This document shows positions 24,189 through 36,565 of a stretch of 64,000 bases of DNA, piece by piece (the first letter of the stretch is position 1; each line of letters opens with the position of its first letter). A model generated the notes under the pieces. That model was not told the origin of the DNA, did not search any database, and was given only the letters and a program-made list of their open reading frames with translations. The stretch is from assembly GCF_964213995.1 (NCBI RefSeq), contig NW_027590192.1, forward strand, positions 124,001 to 188,000, written 5' to 3'. The position numbers were made by a program, and so were the translations under genes. This DNA is from Mustelus asterias. Taxonomy: Eukaryota.

Positions 24189-25241
24189 ATGGAAAAACCA
24201 TGGAAATGTGCGGATTGTGGGAAGAGATACAGAGTCCCATCAGAGCTGGAAGCTCATCGGCGCAGTCACACTGGGGAGAGGCCGTTCACCTGCTCTCAGT
24301 GTGGGAAGGGATTCGCTCTGTTAGCCACCTTGCAGAAACACCAGCGAGTTCACACTGGGGAGAGGCCATTCACCTGCTCTCATTGTGGGAAGGGATTCAG
24401 TCAGTTTTCCAACCTGCGGACACACCAGCGAGTTCACACTGGGGAGAGGCCGTTCACCTGCTCTCAGTGTGGGGATGGATTCAGAGCTTCATCCAGCCTG
24501 TGGACACACCAGCGAGTTCACACTGCGGAGAGGCCGTTCACCTGCTCTCAGTGTGGGAAGGGATTCACTCTGTCATCCAGCCTGCTGATACACCAGCGAG
24601 TTCACACGGGGGAGAGGCCATTCACCTGCTCTCAGTGTGGGAAGGAATTCACTCGGTCATCCAGCCTGCGGAGACACCAGCGAGTTCACACCAGGGAGAG
24701 GGCCTTCACCTGCTCTCAGTGTGGGGATGGATTCAGAGCTTCATCCAGCCTGCGGACACACCAGCGAGTTCACACTGGGGAGAGACCGTTCACCTGCTCT
24801 CAGTGTGGGAAGGAATTCACTCGGTCATCCAGCCTGCGGACACACCAGCACGTTCACACTGGGGAGAGACCGTTCACCTGCTCTCAGTGTGGGAAGGGAT
24901 TCAGAGCTTCATCGAGCCTGCTGACACACCAGCGAGTTCACACTGGGGAGAGACCGTTCACCTGCTCTCAGTGTGGAAAGGGATTCATTCGGTCATCCAG
25001 CTTGTGGAAGCACCGGCAAGTTCACACTGGGGAGAGGCCGTTCACCTGCTCTCAGTGTGGGAAGGGATTCACTCAGTCATCCCACCTGTGGAGGCACCAG
25101 CGACTTCACACTGGGGAGAGGCCGTTCACCTGCTCTCAGTGTGGGACGGGATTCAGAGCTTCATCTAGCCTGTGGACACACCAGCAAGTTCACATTGGGG
25201 AGAAGCCATTCACCTGCTCTGTGTGGGAAGCGGTTCAGTGA
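24189..25241 (+). CDS. Z4: C2H2 ZNF, 12 intact fingers; a 2-nt deletion near 25221 removes two more (relic to 25365)
   Basis: MEKPWKC at 24189; acceptor at 23838-23839; the shifted frame continues ...[20 protein letters not shown]...HQRVHE. Confidence 0.87.
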   Translation: MEKPWKCADCGKRYRVPSELEAHRRSHTGERPFTCSQCGKGFALLATLQKHQRVHTGERPFTCSHCGKGFSQFSNLRTHQRVHTGERPFTCSQCGDGFRASSSLWTHQRVHTAERPFTCSQCGKGFTLSSSLLIHQRVHTGERPFTCSQCGKEFTRSSSLRRHQRVHTRERAFTCSQCGDGFRASSSLRTHQRVHTGERPFTCSQCGKEFTRSSSLRTHQHVHTGERPFTCSQCGKGFRASSSLLTHQRVHTGERPFTCSQCGKGFIRSSSLWKHRQVHTGERPFTCSQCGKGFTQSSHLWRHQRLHTGERPFTCSQCGTGFRASSSLWTHQQVHIGEKPFTCSVWEAVQ

Positions 25242-25711
25242 TTCATCCAGCCAGCAGAAACACCAACAAGTTCACACTGGGGAGAGACCGTTCAGCTGCT
25301 CTGTGTGTGAAAAGAGATTCAGTCTTTCATCCCAGCTGTTGAGACACCAGCGAGTTCACGAGTGATTCCAGTGGTCGATTCTGCTGTTATTGTTTCTGCT
25401 CTCAATTATATTGGTCAATGGGGAGGGTCGGAGGGTTTCTTTCTGCTGGACTGGCCGGTCTCACAACTTTGCTTCCAATGGCTGATGCTCTTTGAGTCTT
25501 GTTGTGAATACCTGGTTTCAAATTTCACACGGATCACAGAGTGACGGGTGTTAGGAAGTTCAGAGATATTTAGTCAGGATTTCTGTTTGAAACCCCCCCC
25601 AATGCCCATCCAATTTTCTTTGTAATTGTTTATTGTCTCCACTTCCTCCACCCTCGTCGGCAGCGAGTTCCACGTCATTACCATTCACTGCATCAAAATA
25701 TTATTCCTCAC

Positions 25712-26060
25712 ATGGGCAGCACGGTAGCACAGTGGTTAGCACTGCTGCTTCACAGCTCCAGGGACCTGGGTTCTATTCCCGGCTTGGGTCACTGTCTGTA
25801 TGGAGTTTGCACATTCTCCTTGTGTCTGCGTGGGTTTCCTCCGGGTGCTCTGGTTTCCTCCCACAGTCCAAAGATGTGCGGGTTAGTTTGATTGGGCATG
25901 CTAAAAATTGCCCCTTAGAGTCCTGAGATGCGTAGGTTAGAGGGATTAGCGGGTAAATGTGTAGGGATATGGGGGGAGGGCCTGGGTGGGATTGTGGTCG
26001 GTGCAGAACCGATGGGCCAAATGGCCTCTTTCTGCACTGTAGGGTTTCTCTGATTCTATG
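25712..26060 (+). mobile_element. HE1-type V-SINE, full length
   Basis: tRNA head, V-domain and CR1 tail; absent from the paralogous Z1 and Z3 flanks. Confidence 0.93.
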
Positions 26061-26591
26061 ATCCCACCCAAAACTTTAAATTTGCTTGTCATCCTTGTCC
26101 CATCAGCTAATAGGAACAGATTTTCTTTGTCCACCTTATCTAAACCTGTCAGAATCTTGTCCACCTCTATCAAATCTCCCCTCAACCTCCTTTGCTCCAA
26201 GGGGAACAACCCCAGCCTGACATTGACAATAAAGATCAATCCAACAGAATATGTTACTGTCTGAAATCAAGTGGGAATGTTTAATTTCTGTTTGAAAGAT
26301 ACTGTGAATATATTGTCCTGGACAATAAAGGAATTGGAATAACTCACCTTGGGTGTGGTTGAATGGAATATATCAATCTGGAACCCACTTACATTCTAGT
26401 GAAAGTCTGGAATATGTCGCTGGAAGTCCCTGCCTAACAGCACTTTGGGTCACCTATACCTCAGGCATTGTAGCAGTTCAAGAAGGCAGTGTTGGGGTTG
26501 ACCATGGCCGAGGCAGCTACAGACAGCCACGTATTCTGTTATAATTGAAGGACTGTAGTTTGAATGTGAGGCATTATGGGACTGGACTATG

Positions 26592-27822
26592 GAGTCATAG
26601 AGGTTTACAGCATGGAAATAGGCCCATCAGCCCAACTTGTCCATGCTGCCCTTTTTTTTAAACCCCTTAGCTAATCCCAATTGCCTGCATTTGGCCCATA
26701 TCCCTCTCTACCCATCTTATCCATGTAACTATCTAAAAGCTTTTTAAAAGACAAAATTGTACCCGCCTCTACTACTATCTCTGGCAGCTTGTTCCAGACA
26801 CTCACCGCCCTCTGTGTGAAAAAATTACCCCTTTCGACACTTTTGTATCTCTCCCCTCTCACCTTAAACCTATGCCTTCTAGTTTTAGACTCCCCTACTT
26901 TTGGGAAAAGATATTGACTATCTACCTTATCTATGCCCCTCATTATTTTATAGACCTCTATAAGGTCACCCCTCAGCCTCCTGCGCTCCAGAGAAAAAAG
27001 TCTCAGTCTATCCAGCCTCTCCTTATAACTCAAACCATCCAGTCCCAGTTGCATCCTAGTAAATCTTTTCTGCACTATTTCTAGTTTAATAATACCCTTT
27101 CTATAATAGGATGACCAGAACTGCACACACTATTCCAAGTGTGGCCTTACCAATGTCTTGTACAACTTCAACAAGACATCACAACTCCTGTATTCAATGT
27201 TCTGACCGATGAAACCAAGCATGCCGAATGCCTTCTTCAGCATTCTGTCCACCTGTGACTCCACTTTCAAGGAGCTATGAACATGTACCCATCGATCTCT
27301 TTGTTCTGTTACTCCCCAACGCCCTACCATTAACTGAGTAAGTCCTGCCCTAGCTCAATCTACCAAAATGCATCACCTCGCGTTTGTCTCAATTAAACTC
27401 CATCTGCCATTCGTCAGCCCACTGGCACAATTGATCAAGATCCCGTTGCAATCGGAGATAACTTTCTTCACTATCCACTATGCCACCAATCTTGGTGTCA
27501 TCTGCAAACCTACTAACCGTGCCTCCTATATTCTCATCCAAATCATTAATATAAATAACAGTGGACCCAGTACTGATCCCTGAGGCACACTGCTGGTCAC
27601 AGACCTCCAGTTTGAAAAACAACCCTCTACAACCACCCTCTAGAAGCCAATTTTGTATCCATTTAGATACCTCACCCTGGATTCCGTGAGATTTTAACCT
27701 TATGCAACAACCTACCATGCGGTACTTCGTCAGAGATCTTGCTAAAGTTCATGTTGACAACATCAACTGCACTGCCCTCATCTATCTTCTTAGTTACCCC
27801 TTCAAAAAACTCAATCAAATTT
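26592..27822 (-). mobile_element. 5'-truncated CR1 LINE
   Basis: Minus-strand ORFs 27389-27718 (FADDTK), 27130-27330 and 26671-27126; same subfamily as 54480-55932. Confidence 0.93.
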
Positions 27823-28459
27823 GACCACAGCTCAGTTTCTGCAATCATGAACCATTAAAGCTGCTTAGCAGTGCCCTGACAGAGGACCTGGTGAGAATAT
27901 TTCCTCATTGAGTTAGAATTAAACTTATTCCAGGACTGGCTGGTGTTCAGTGGCTGAGATACCCGAATCTGTGAAAAGGGGGTCTGACCAATCAACAAAC
28001 AGTGGTAGGTAGTTGATTAAGAAGTTAAGAAGCGTTCTCAGGCATTGTTTAAATTATTTTATCATAAATTTGTGATGTGAACTGTGAGGGACTATGACCC
28101 GATAGTCACTGAAGTGACGGTATACTCCAAGTAGCACTGGACTGAAAAGCGAGAGTAGATTCTAATGAATGGTTATAATCCTACCCTAGCATGGCCAGTG
28201 AAAAATCAGAGCTCGAGTGATCAAGAATAATAATGTGATAAGGTGCGAAGGAATAAGATCTCCCCGTGTAAAAATCAAGTTGGGATGACATTTGTATCAC
28301 ATAGGAGTCAATGAATGGAATACATTGGGTATTGCACATCCCCTAGCCTGGCCTGATTGAACACATGAATGGGCTATTGAAACAATAAATCAAGCTTGAC
28401 CACACACTCAAAGAGTGGCAAAGGCCTTACATAATTTGAATAATAGGCCACAAAAAGGA

Positions 28460-28778
28460 GGGGTGGCACGGCGGCACAGTGGTTAGCACTGCAGCCTCAC
28501 AGCACCAGGGACCTGAATTTGACTCCTGGCTTGTGTCACCGTCTGTGTGGAGTTTGCACATTCTCCCCGTGTCTGCGTGGGTTTCATCCAAGTGCTCCGG
28601 TTTCCTTCCACACTCCAAAGATGTGGTTAGATTGATTGGCCATGATAAATTGCCCTTTAGTGTCAGGGTGTTATAGGGTAAATAAGTATGGTTATGGGGG
28701 TAGGGCCTGGGTGGGATTGTGGTCAGTGCAGATTGGATGGGCCGAATGGCCTCCTTCTGCACTGTAGGGATTCTATGA
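28460..28778 (+). mobile_element. HE1-type V-SINE nested in the ERV relic
   Basis: Canonical head, V-domain and tail. Confidence 0.92.
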
Positions 28779-29236
28779 ACCCTCTTGAGTAAGATGATAA
28801 AACAACCTGTCCCTTCAATTCTTCCCCCAGACAGGGAATATGACACACCTGTATGTAAGGGTGGCAAGGTGTGGGTACATATCTCAAACCAAACCCCACA
28901 GAAAAGGGGAGATAATTGCTGCTCGACATGCTTGGCTTGTATCTCCTAAGCTGCGTTCACTCCCTATGCATGGGGGATGGAAGGCATCCAGTAAAATATG
29001 CACTCAAAACAAATGTACTTGTGCAGAAGGACAGAAATATTATTTGTATAACGTCACTGTCCAGGCATCCGTGCTCAATGTGGCAGATTGTAGCCAATGG
29101 CCTTTTGTGGTGGTATGTCCTCTACATAACTCCTCATACATGAAGCTTGTACCTTACAGCTGAGTCATGGCCAATGTCAATAGGAATTATCGCCAGTTAA
29201 TTATACTATGATGCATGAAATTGGACAAGTTTGGTG

Positions 29237-29482
29237 GGGAGGCGATGGCCTCGTGATATTATCGCTAGATTACTAATTCAGAACTCAGCTAATGTTCTGG
29301 GGACCCAGGTTCAAATCCCACCACAGCAGATGGTGAAATTTAATGAAAAAGATCTGGAAATAAGAATCTACTGATGACCATGAAACCATTGTCGATTGTC
29401 AGAAAAAAAAACATCTGATTCACAATGTCCTTTAGGGAAGCAAATCTGCTGTCCTTAACTGGTCTGGCCCACATGTGACTTC
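29237..29482 (+). mobile_element. tRNA-headed SINE of a second family (also 58812-59160, 49961-50255, head only 46607-46695)
   Basis: ggggaggcgatggc head, B-box ggttcaaatccc, shared core aatgtcctttagggaag.aaatctgc. Confidence 0.8.
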
Positions 29483-30472
29483 ACGAATAATTTAAAAAAA
29501 CTATGTCTGCATTACCAGCACTCTCAATGTACATCTGAATGCCAGATAGCTTGAACCCCCTGTAAACCAATGTTGGAAAGATGCATGGGACATATTTGAT
29601 GTACATACTAATAGAACATATTATTTGATATAGACACACCCACGGTATTGTGCATCTGCCTTCAATTGAACTGAATAAATTGTGCAGGTTTATTGAACAA
29701 AATACACACGTTTCTGCACACCTAAGTCAAGACAGGCAATATCTTCTTAGGCAGGGTGTGGAAATGACCTGTGCTTAAGGCAAACTTCACCAAACATCGG
29801 ATGAACCTAATTGCCTCAGTTTTCACCTTTGGTGGGATGTTTTTAATGGATGGTCATCCAAAGCATCCGCTGTTTTTACTTTAATGTTACATCCTGTTGT
29901 TATACTGCTACTTTGTACCCTTTTGTTGTTCATTTTAATTGTCTTGTGGTACAGAGTGCGTGCATTGTTCACACAGGTCATTGTTGTGAAGGAACTTATA
30001 CAGGTACAGATGGGATTGCTGTGTTGGCTGCTGAATCTCAGGGTGGAATGTATAGAAAGTAAAGAGTTAAGATATTCACCAGTCAACTCAGCATTTATTC
30101 ATGCTGTGAGAACCTAAAGAAGCAGCTGCGCTACAGTAATAAGCTGACCTTCCAGTGCTGTATTTGTATATTGTTTCCCAAGCCTGGGAATTTACCAAAT
30201 CTCCTGTCAGGTTGTTTGTGCCACACTGTAAAACGCGGGTGGGGGCTTCGACCGGGTACGTTGGTAGTCACCTTGGACCGAGATCACGAATGTTGCCAGG
30301 ACCTCTCGAGCTCCAGACCAGCTGTCGATAGATTAGTCCCCGACAGGCAGAAGGCAGTGAGACTCATTGTTTTAATTTCTCTCGTATTATTTACTCTTTT
30401 TGAATAAACCATTCTAATAGTTGAGAGATTATAATTCTGCTCTGTCTCTTATTTAACATTCACCTGGATCAT

Positions 30473-30868
30473 TGGTGGCACGGTGGCACAGCAGTTAGCT
30501 GCCTCACAGCGCCAGGGACCTGAGTTTGATTCCCAGTTTGGGTCACTTGTCTGTGTTCTCCCCTTGTCTGTGTGGGTTTCCTCTGGGTGCTCCGGTTACC
30601 TCCCACAGTCTGAAAGACGTGCTGGTTCGGTGCATTGGCTATGCCAAATTCTCCCTCAGCGTCACCGAACAGGTGCAGGAGCGTGGCGACTCGGGGATTT
30701 TCACAGTGACTTCATTGCAGTGTTAATGTAAACCTACTTGTGACACTAACCGGAGGAAGCCCATGCAGACATGGGGAGAACATGCAAACTCCATCCAGAC
30801 AATCACCCAAGGCTGGAATTGAACTCGGCTCCCTGGAGCTGTGAGACAGCAGTGTGAACCACCATGTC
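30473..30868. mobile_element. Two V-SINE copies in opposite orientation; the plus copy has an alternative tail
   Basis: Plus 30473-30749 ends ...cttcattgcagtgttaatgtaaacctacttgtgacactaa; minus head 30749-30868. Confidence 0.8.
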
Positions 30869-31047
30869 AGCCCATGTTTGCGACCAGGTGTCCCTGGAAA
30901 GGAAGCATGTGTGACGACCAACACAAGGTCTTCAGTGGGCACTGTGGGGACTGGAGAGCTTCATTCCTCCCCAGAACCACAGCATAGTTTTAAGTTTGTA
31001 ACTTTTCATTCAGGGTTTAGTTTTTGGTTGTCCCTTTAAAGGATTCT

Positions 31048-31106
31048 CACCCCCCCCCGCCACCCCCCCGCCACCGCCCCCCCCCCACCCCTCCCACCCC
31101 CGCCTT
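31048..31106 (-). repeat. C-rich tract (G-quadruplex-capable on the minus strand)
   Basis: More than six runs of 3 or more C separated by 1-6 nt. Confidence 0.7.
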
Positions 31107-31479
31107 CCCATTCATTTAATTTGATAATTTGATCTAAATTTCGATGTTAAAAAGAGTACAGAAGGGGAATTCATTATTGACCCCAAATCACAGAGAATAT
31201 GGAACTTGGTCCATGGTGAGTGGTTGAGGTGAACAGCATGAATACATTGAAAGGAAACTTAGATCCACACATGAGGGACACAGTAACAGAAGGATATGCT
31301 GATCGGGAGGAGATGCAGTGGGGTCGGTGGAGGCTGATGTGGAGCAAATTACTGACAGACCGATTGAGCCGGCTGGCCCGGCCCTGTGCTGGAGACTCAG
31401 TGGAACAGAGACTCATGTATTTATCTGAGATCTGACTGCAGGATCTATCAAACAAACTCAGGCCAGTCTTAAGGATCAT

Positions 31480-32370
31480 GGTGTTGTGATCTCAGTGAAA
31501 ACTGTGTGGAGCAGACACAGCATCTCGGTTACAATGAATATTCACCTTCTGAAAGCCCTTGTGTGGCCGGTGCCAATGTGTGTCTGTGAAAGCTGGACTA
31601 TCAATAAGAGTGACGAGGCTCCAATAAAAGTGTTTGAAATGAAAGGACTCAGACGGATATTCCGTGTGTCACGGACGGCAAAGTGGGTGAATGAGTGGGT
31701 GCTGGAGAAAGCTGGTGTTCACCGGAACCTGTTTGAGGCTCTGACATCCAGGAAGCTCACTTATTTTGGACATAAGAACATAAGAAATAGGAGCAGGAGT
31801 AGGCCATCAAGCCCCTCGAGCCTGCCCCGCCATTCAATAAGATCATGGCTGATCTGAAGTGAATCAGTTCCACTTACCTGCCTGCTCCCCATAACCCTTA
31901 ATTCCCTTATTGATCAGGAATCCATCTACCTGTGACTTAAACATATTTAATGAGGTAGCCTCCACTGCTTCAATGGGCAGAGAATTCCAGAGATTCACTA
32001 CCGTCTGAGAGAAGAAGTTCCTCCTCAACTCTGTCCTAAACTGACCCCCCTTTATTTTGAGGCTGTGTCCTCTAGTTCTTGTTTCCTTTCTAAGTGGAAA
32101 GAATCTCTCTGCCTCTACCCTGTCGAGCCCCTTCATGATCTAATATGTCTCTCTAAGATGTGTTGTGAATAGGGAGGAATGTTTGGAAAAAAAGGCAATG
32201 TGAGACAGAACACCTGGAAAATGTGCACAAGGAAGGCCCGAGATGGGTGGATAATATCAGAATGTGGACCGGCCTCCCGATGGGACAGGCAGTGAGAGCA
32301 GCTGAGAAATCAGTGGAGAAAGATTGTCCAGAGTGCGGCCAAACCTCAGAACGAGGACGGATGAGCGATA
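31480..32370 (+). mobile_element. RTE-clade LINE 3' fragment split by a minus-strand CR1 (31771-32152)
   Basis: LLKALVWPV..CESWT..FEMKGLRRI..NEWVL..RKLTYFGH, resuming as PRWVDNIRMWTGL; the inserted CR1 has FFSQTVVNLWNSLP. Confidence 0.85.
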
Positions 32371-32869
32371 AGGGACCTGTAGTGGTAGGAAAAAGACTAT
32401 TTACTATCCAGTATAAAATTAATGTACTATAATAAATTAAGAGCAGGCCATTCGAGTCGGTTCCACCATTCAATATGATCATGGCTGATCCTCGATCTCA
32501 ATGCCATATTCTCCCCACACCGCTTGAAGCCATTAAAATCTAAAATAAAATCTCTCTCTTCCTTGAATATATTCAGTGATTTGGATTCCACAGCCTTCTG
32601 TGGTAGACAATTCTATAAGTTCACTACCCTTTGAGTTAAGAATTTTTTCATCATCTCAGTCTCATCTGACATCTGCTTTTGTGGATCATTTCAGTGGAAA
32701 TGTGCCCTCGCTCAAAGAGAATCAGCCACTGGAATGAAAATTGAGAGACCGGCCAGTCCAGCAGCAAGAAACCCTCTGACCCTCCCACTTCACCAACTGT
32801 CAGAATGAACATGCTTCAGTCCTGGATGTGATTAACAGCAGCAATAACAGCAGAATCCAACCCGTGTCA

Positions 32870-33802
32870 TCACTTGTGAACCCGCTGGTGTCTCAGCAGG
32901 TGGGATGACTGAGTGAATCCCTTCCCACACACGGAGCAGGTGAATGGCTTCTCCCCAGTGTGAACTCGCTGGTGTGTCAGCAGGTTCGATGACCGATTGA
33001 ATCTCTTCCCACACACAGAGCAGGTAAATGGCTTCTCCCCAGTGTGAACCCGCTGGTGTGTCAGCAGGGTAGATAACTCACAGAATCCCTTCTCACATTC
33101 TGAGCAGGTGAAAGGCCTCTCCCTGTCCCCGCTGTGAATTTGTTGGTGTCTTAGCAGGTTGGCTAACTGAGTGAATCCCTTCCCACAGTTGGAGCAGGTG
33201 AACGGTCTCTCCCCAGTGTGAACTCGCTGGTGTGTCAGCAGGGTGGAGGAATCTCCGAATCCTTTCCCACACACGGAGCAGATGAATGGCCTCTCCCCGG
33301 TGTGAACTCGCTGATGTGCCAGCAGGTCAGATGAATCTCTAAATCCTTTTCCACACTCTGAGCAGGCGAATGGTCTCTCCCCAGTGTGAACTCGATGGTG
33401 CCTCTGCAGACTGGATGACCGAGTGAACCTCTTCCCACAGTCAGAGCAGATGAATTGCCTCTCCTTGGTGTGAACTTGCTGGTGTACCAGCAGGGTGGAT
33501 GAATCTCTGCATCTTTTCCCACACACTGAGCAGCTGAATGGTCTCATCCCTGTGTGAACTCGATGATGTCTCACTAGGTTGGATGAAATGCTGAATTTCT
33601 TCCCACACACAGAGCAGGTGAATGGCCTCTCTCCGGTATGAACTCGCTGGTGTGTAAGCAGGTCGGATGCATTAGTAAATCTCTTCCCACACTGAGAGCA
33701 GGTGAATGGTCTTTCCCCGGTGTGACTGCGTCGATGAATTTCCAACTCAGATGGGGACTTGAATCCCTTTCCACAATCCTTACATTTCCACGGTTTCCCC
33801 AT
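32870..33802 (-). CDS. Z5: C2H2 ZNF, 11 fingers, 310 aa, intact
   Basis: MGKPWKC from ATG at 33802; acceptor tttacAG at 33954-33955; one lengthened linker (HSGDRERP). Confidence 0.9.
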   Translation of the reverse strand: MGKPWKCKDCGKGFKSPSELEIHRRSHTGERPFTCSQCGKRFTNASDLLTHQRVHTGERPFTCSVCGKKFSISSNLVRHHRVHTGMRPFSCSVCGKRCRDSSTLLVHQQVHTKERQFICSDCGKRFTRSSSLQRHHRVHTGERPFACSECGKGFRDSSDLLAHQRVHTGERPFICSVCGKGFGDSSTLLTHQRVHTGERPFTCSNCGKGFTQLANLLRHQQIHSGDRERPFTCSECEKGFCELSTLLTHQRVHTGEKPFTCSVCGKRFNRSSNLLTHQRVHTGEKPFTCSVCGKGFTQSSHLLRHQRVHK

Positions 33803-34639
33803 GGTGTCGGTGTCTGTGTCTCGGTGCTTTTCCAGTCACAGGAATGGTAGAATGGGCGATGGTTTGCCTCATCCTATTAAATCGAGTGACTCTGTCAGAT
33901 CTTGGTGTGAAGTTTGGTTTGAGATTTCTTAAAGGATATTCCCTTTTAATATCCTGTAAAAGAAGTTTGCAAATGTCATCACTGTCAGTACAGCTCAGAA
34001 ATTCAGAACAGACAACCAGTCACTGATGGGATACATTCTGCCACATGGAGAATTATGGATTGTAACATTGTCATTAAAACATGTGATACCAAAGCCACAG
34101 CAATGTGGTTGAATCTTAAGTGTCCACCAAGGGCAACTAGAGATGGGCAAGAAATGCTGGCAACCAGCGACATCCATGTCCCACAAATGAATACAAAAGT
34201 GATTGAGTGTAAATAATTTACATTTAAAAATGTCTTTTGTCAACGGTGTAAATGCTCATTTATAAATTTATATATGTATATCTATATATATATATTTACA
34301 TATTTATAAATGCTCATTTTGTCATTGATTTCCTGAAGCTCCTGTTTTGAGTTTCAGACAGTTCTATGCCAAGCGTTTGAGGTGATTAAAAGTCTTTCAT
34401 CTTACTCTTTGCATATCGATATTCACTAAAGCTACACAGATTGATTTTCTTCTCATTATAAATATATTTTCAATACTTAAAAGGACAGTCTTTCAGCAAC
34501 CCCCATTTTCCTTCTTTCTGGTTGATAATTAAGGGTCTGTACACTTGGCGTAATTTATGATTTTGTTCCTAATTTTATCGGTTTCCCCACCCGCCACAAT
34601 TTCCACAACACAGCAAAAATAATCACTATTCACTAATTG

Positions 34640-34920
34640 GGATTGTCAATGGCGGGCTTTATACCCAGCATTCCCCGCGGTGCTGAAAGTCCCCTTTCTA
34701 CACAGCAGGAGAGTAGTGCGCATGTCCAATGCTCATCCAGTTGGAGCATGCGCAGTATGAGTGATGTCTCCTGAGGCAAAGACGCTTCTTTGGTTAACAG
34801 GCAGTCGGTAAGGATGCGGAAACCCGGAGTGAGTAACGGAGGCGATTCTGGTTGGGAAGAGTTTGTAAACACCGGGTGAATTCTCTAACCCCCTATAACG
34901 AACCTGAAGGTGCCGCGTTT
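34640..34920. promoter_or_regulatory. CpG-rich module upstream of Z5
   Basis: Paired GCGCATG / GCATGCGCA sites at 34717-34756, CCAAT, and similarity to 53240-53400. Confidence 0.55.
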
Positions 34921-35282
34921 GCATTTTTCATGATACATCTGTCTTTACTTGTGCCTTGAAAACAGTGACTCCTCATCCCACACACTCTTCCCAGGCTAAC
35001 TATCTGTCCCATATTTAACAGGATTGATCTGTATTTGAGTCCACTGTCCCAGGCTTTCTCATTGCATACACCCCATCCCTCACTGTTTGCATGTTCCCAC
35101 AACTCTGGCAGACGCCACTTCCACACAGCCTGACCTCAGTTCTGGCAAGACCCATCCACCATTCATTTGGACTCCAGGGCAGGCTGTACCATAATTTTCA
35201 CCATGAGAGTTGATCAGCCTGCTAAATCCATCACACCATCTTCACAATTCCTTTCCTTACTTGCAGATTCCACCCCCTCCCT

Positions 35283-35805
35283 CTGGGGTGGCACAGTGTT
35301 TAGCACTGCTGCCTCACAGCGCCAGGGACCCAGGTTTGATTCCTGGCTTGGGTCACTCTCTGTATGGAGTCTGCACATTCTCCCCATGTCTGCGTGGGTT
35401 TCCTCCGGGTGCTCCAGTTTCCTCCCACAGTCCAAAGATGTGCCTCCAATCCATTGACTCTGCTACACTTCCTGCTGCCTCGGCAAAGCAGCCAGCATAA
35501 TTAAGGACCTCATGCATCCCGGACATTCTCTCTTCCATCTTTATCGGTCGGGAAAAAGATACAAAAGTCTGAGGTCACGTACCAACCGACTCAAGAACAA
35601 CTTCTTCCCTGCTGTTGTCGGACTTTTGAATGGACTTACCTTGCATTAAGTTGATTTTTCTCTCCACCCTAGCTGTAACTGTAACACTACATTCTGCACC
35701 CTCTCATTTCCTTCTCTATGAACGGTATGTTTTGTCTGTATAGTGCGCAAGAAACAATACTTTTCACTGTATGATAATACACGTGACAATAATAAATCAA
35801 ATCAA
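35283..35805 (+). mobile_element. V-SINE head joined to a Rex1/Babar-type 3' end
   Basis: SINE 35283-35440, then a LINE end (..TNRLKNNFFPAV..) with a (caaat)n tail similar to 38485-38760. Confidence 0.75.
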
Positions 35806-35959
35806 AGAATGGTGAATGGGTCTTGCCAGAACTGAGGTCAGGCTGTGTGAGGCTGGCATCTCCCAGAGTTGTGGGAACATACAAACAGTGAGGGATGGGG
35901 TTGTGGTCGGTGCAGGCTCACTGGGCCGAATGGCCTCCTTCTGCACTGTAGGGATTCGA

Positions 35960-36545
35960 TGATTTATTGTCTCCCTCCCCCATCCTCTGAAGTGAACCAT
36001 CCTCCAGTGGCTGAGCCAGGATGGGGCCGTTAACCTGGGCCTGTTCCCGGGAGGGAGGGAGGGAGAAGCCCCGCAGCTGCAAACCAGGGAGCTGACAATG
36101 ATTCTGAAGGGTTTGTTCCAGCTCACAATGCCCGGGGGCTGATTGACGGCAGCTCGGACCAATAGGAAGAGGGGGCGGGGCCGGATGACCGAGCGGGAGA
36201 CGCTGGTCCTCCAACCAATCAGATTCAATCGGGATCTGGACTGAGCCTGGAACTCCCTCTGTCTGCGCACGCGCTCCGCCGCAAGCTGTGCCCGTCTCAA
36301 GATGGCGGCCGTTCACCTGGGCCTGTCTGAGGGTAAAGCCCGAGCAGCTGTCATCCGTTTAAATACCGAATCCGAGCCTCGTATGAGGACTTGGGGCCTA
36401 TACAGCATGTCTTATGAAGCCTCCAAACCAACCCACCCACCGGCTCCGTCTCTCGTTCCTGATTTATCCGGCGGTATCTCCCGGGCTGATAATTCCAACA
36501 ACCGCCTCAATCCTCAACTGTGAGCGGCAATGCGCATGCTCCAGA
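35960..36545 (-). promoter_or_regulatory. Two tandem leftward promoter modules (internally deleted cassette copy 35960-36240; second module 36260-36545)
   Basis: Reverse-complement match to the cassette; AAGATGGCGGC at 36299; TGCGCATGC at 36531. Confidence 0.65.
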
Positions 36546-36565
36546 TCAGAATGGGGGTCCGCACC

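Larger units (their letters stand above)
27823..30470 (+). mobile_element. Heavily deleted endogenous retrovirus relic (integrase, env-like segment, PPT, 3' LTR)
   Basis: 28317-28460 GIHWVLHIP*PGLIEHMNGLLKQ / ALHNLNNRP; Cys-rich ORF 28840-29163; WWDVFNGWS plus a transmembrane-like helix at 29830-29950; cagggtggaa|TG at 30049; AATAAA at 30403. Confidence 0.7.

Noticed and set aside
25712-25790. tRNA genes at SINE heads
   Set aside because: They run directly into the V-domain and LINE tail, so they are SINE promoters.
34240-34320. AT-rich stretch with a duplicated taaatgctcattt
   Set aside because: Simple (TA)n slippage or repair scar; no further structure seen.
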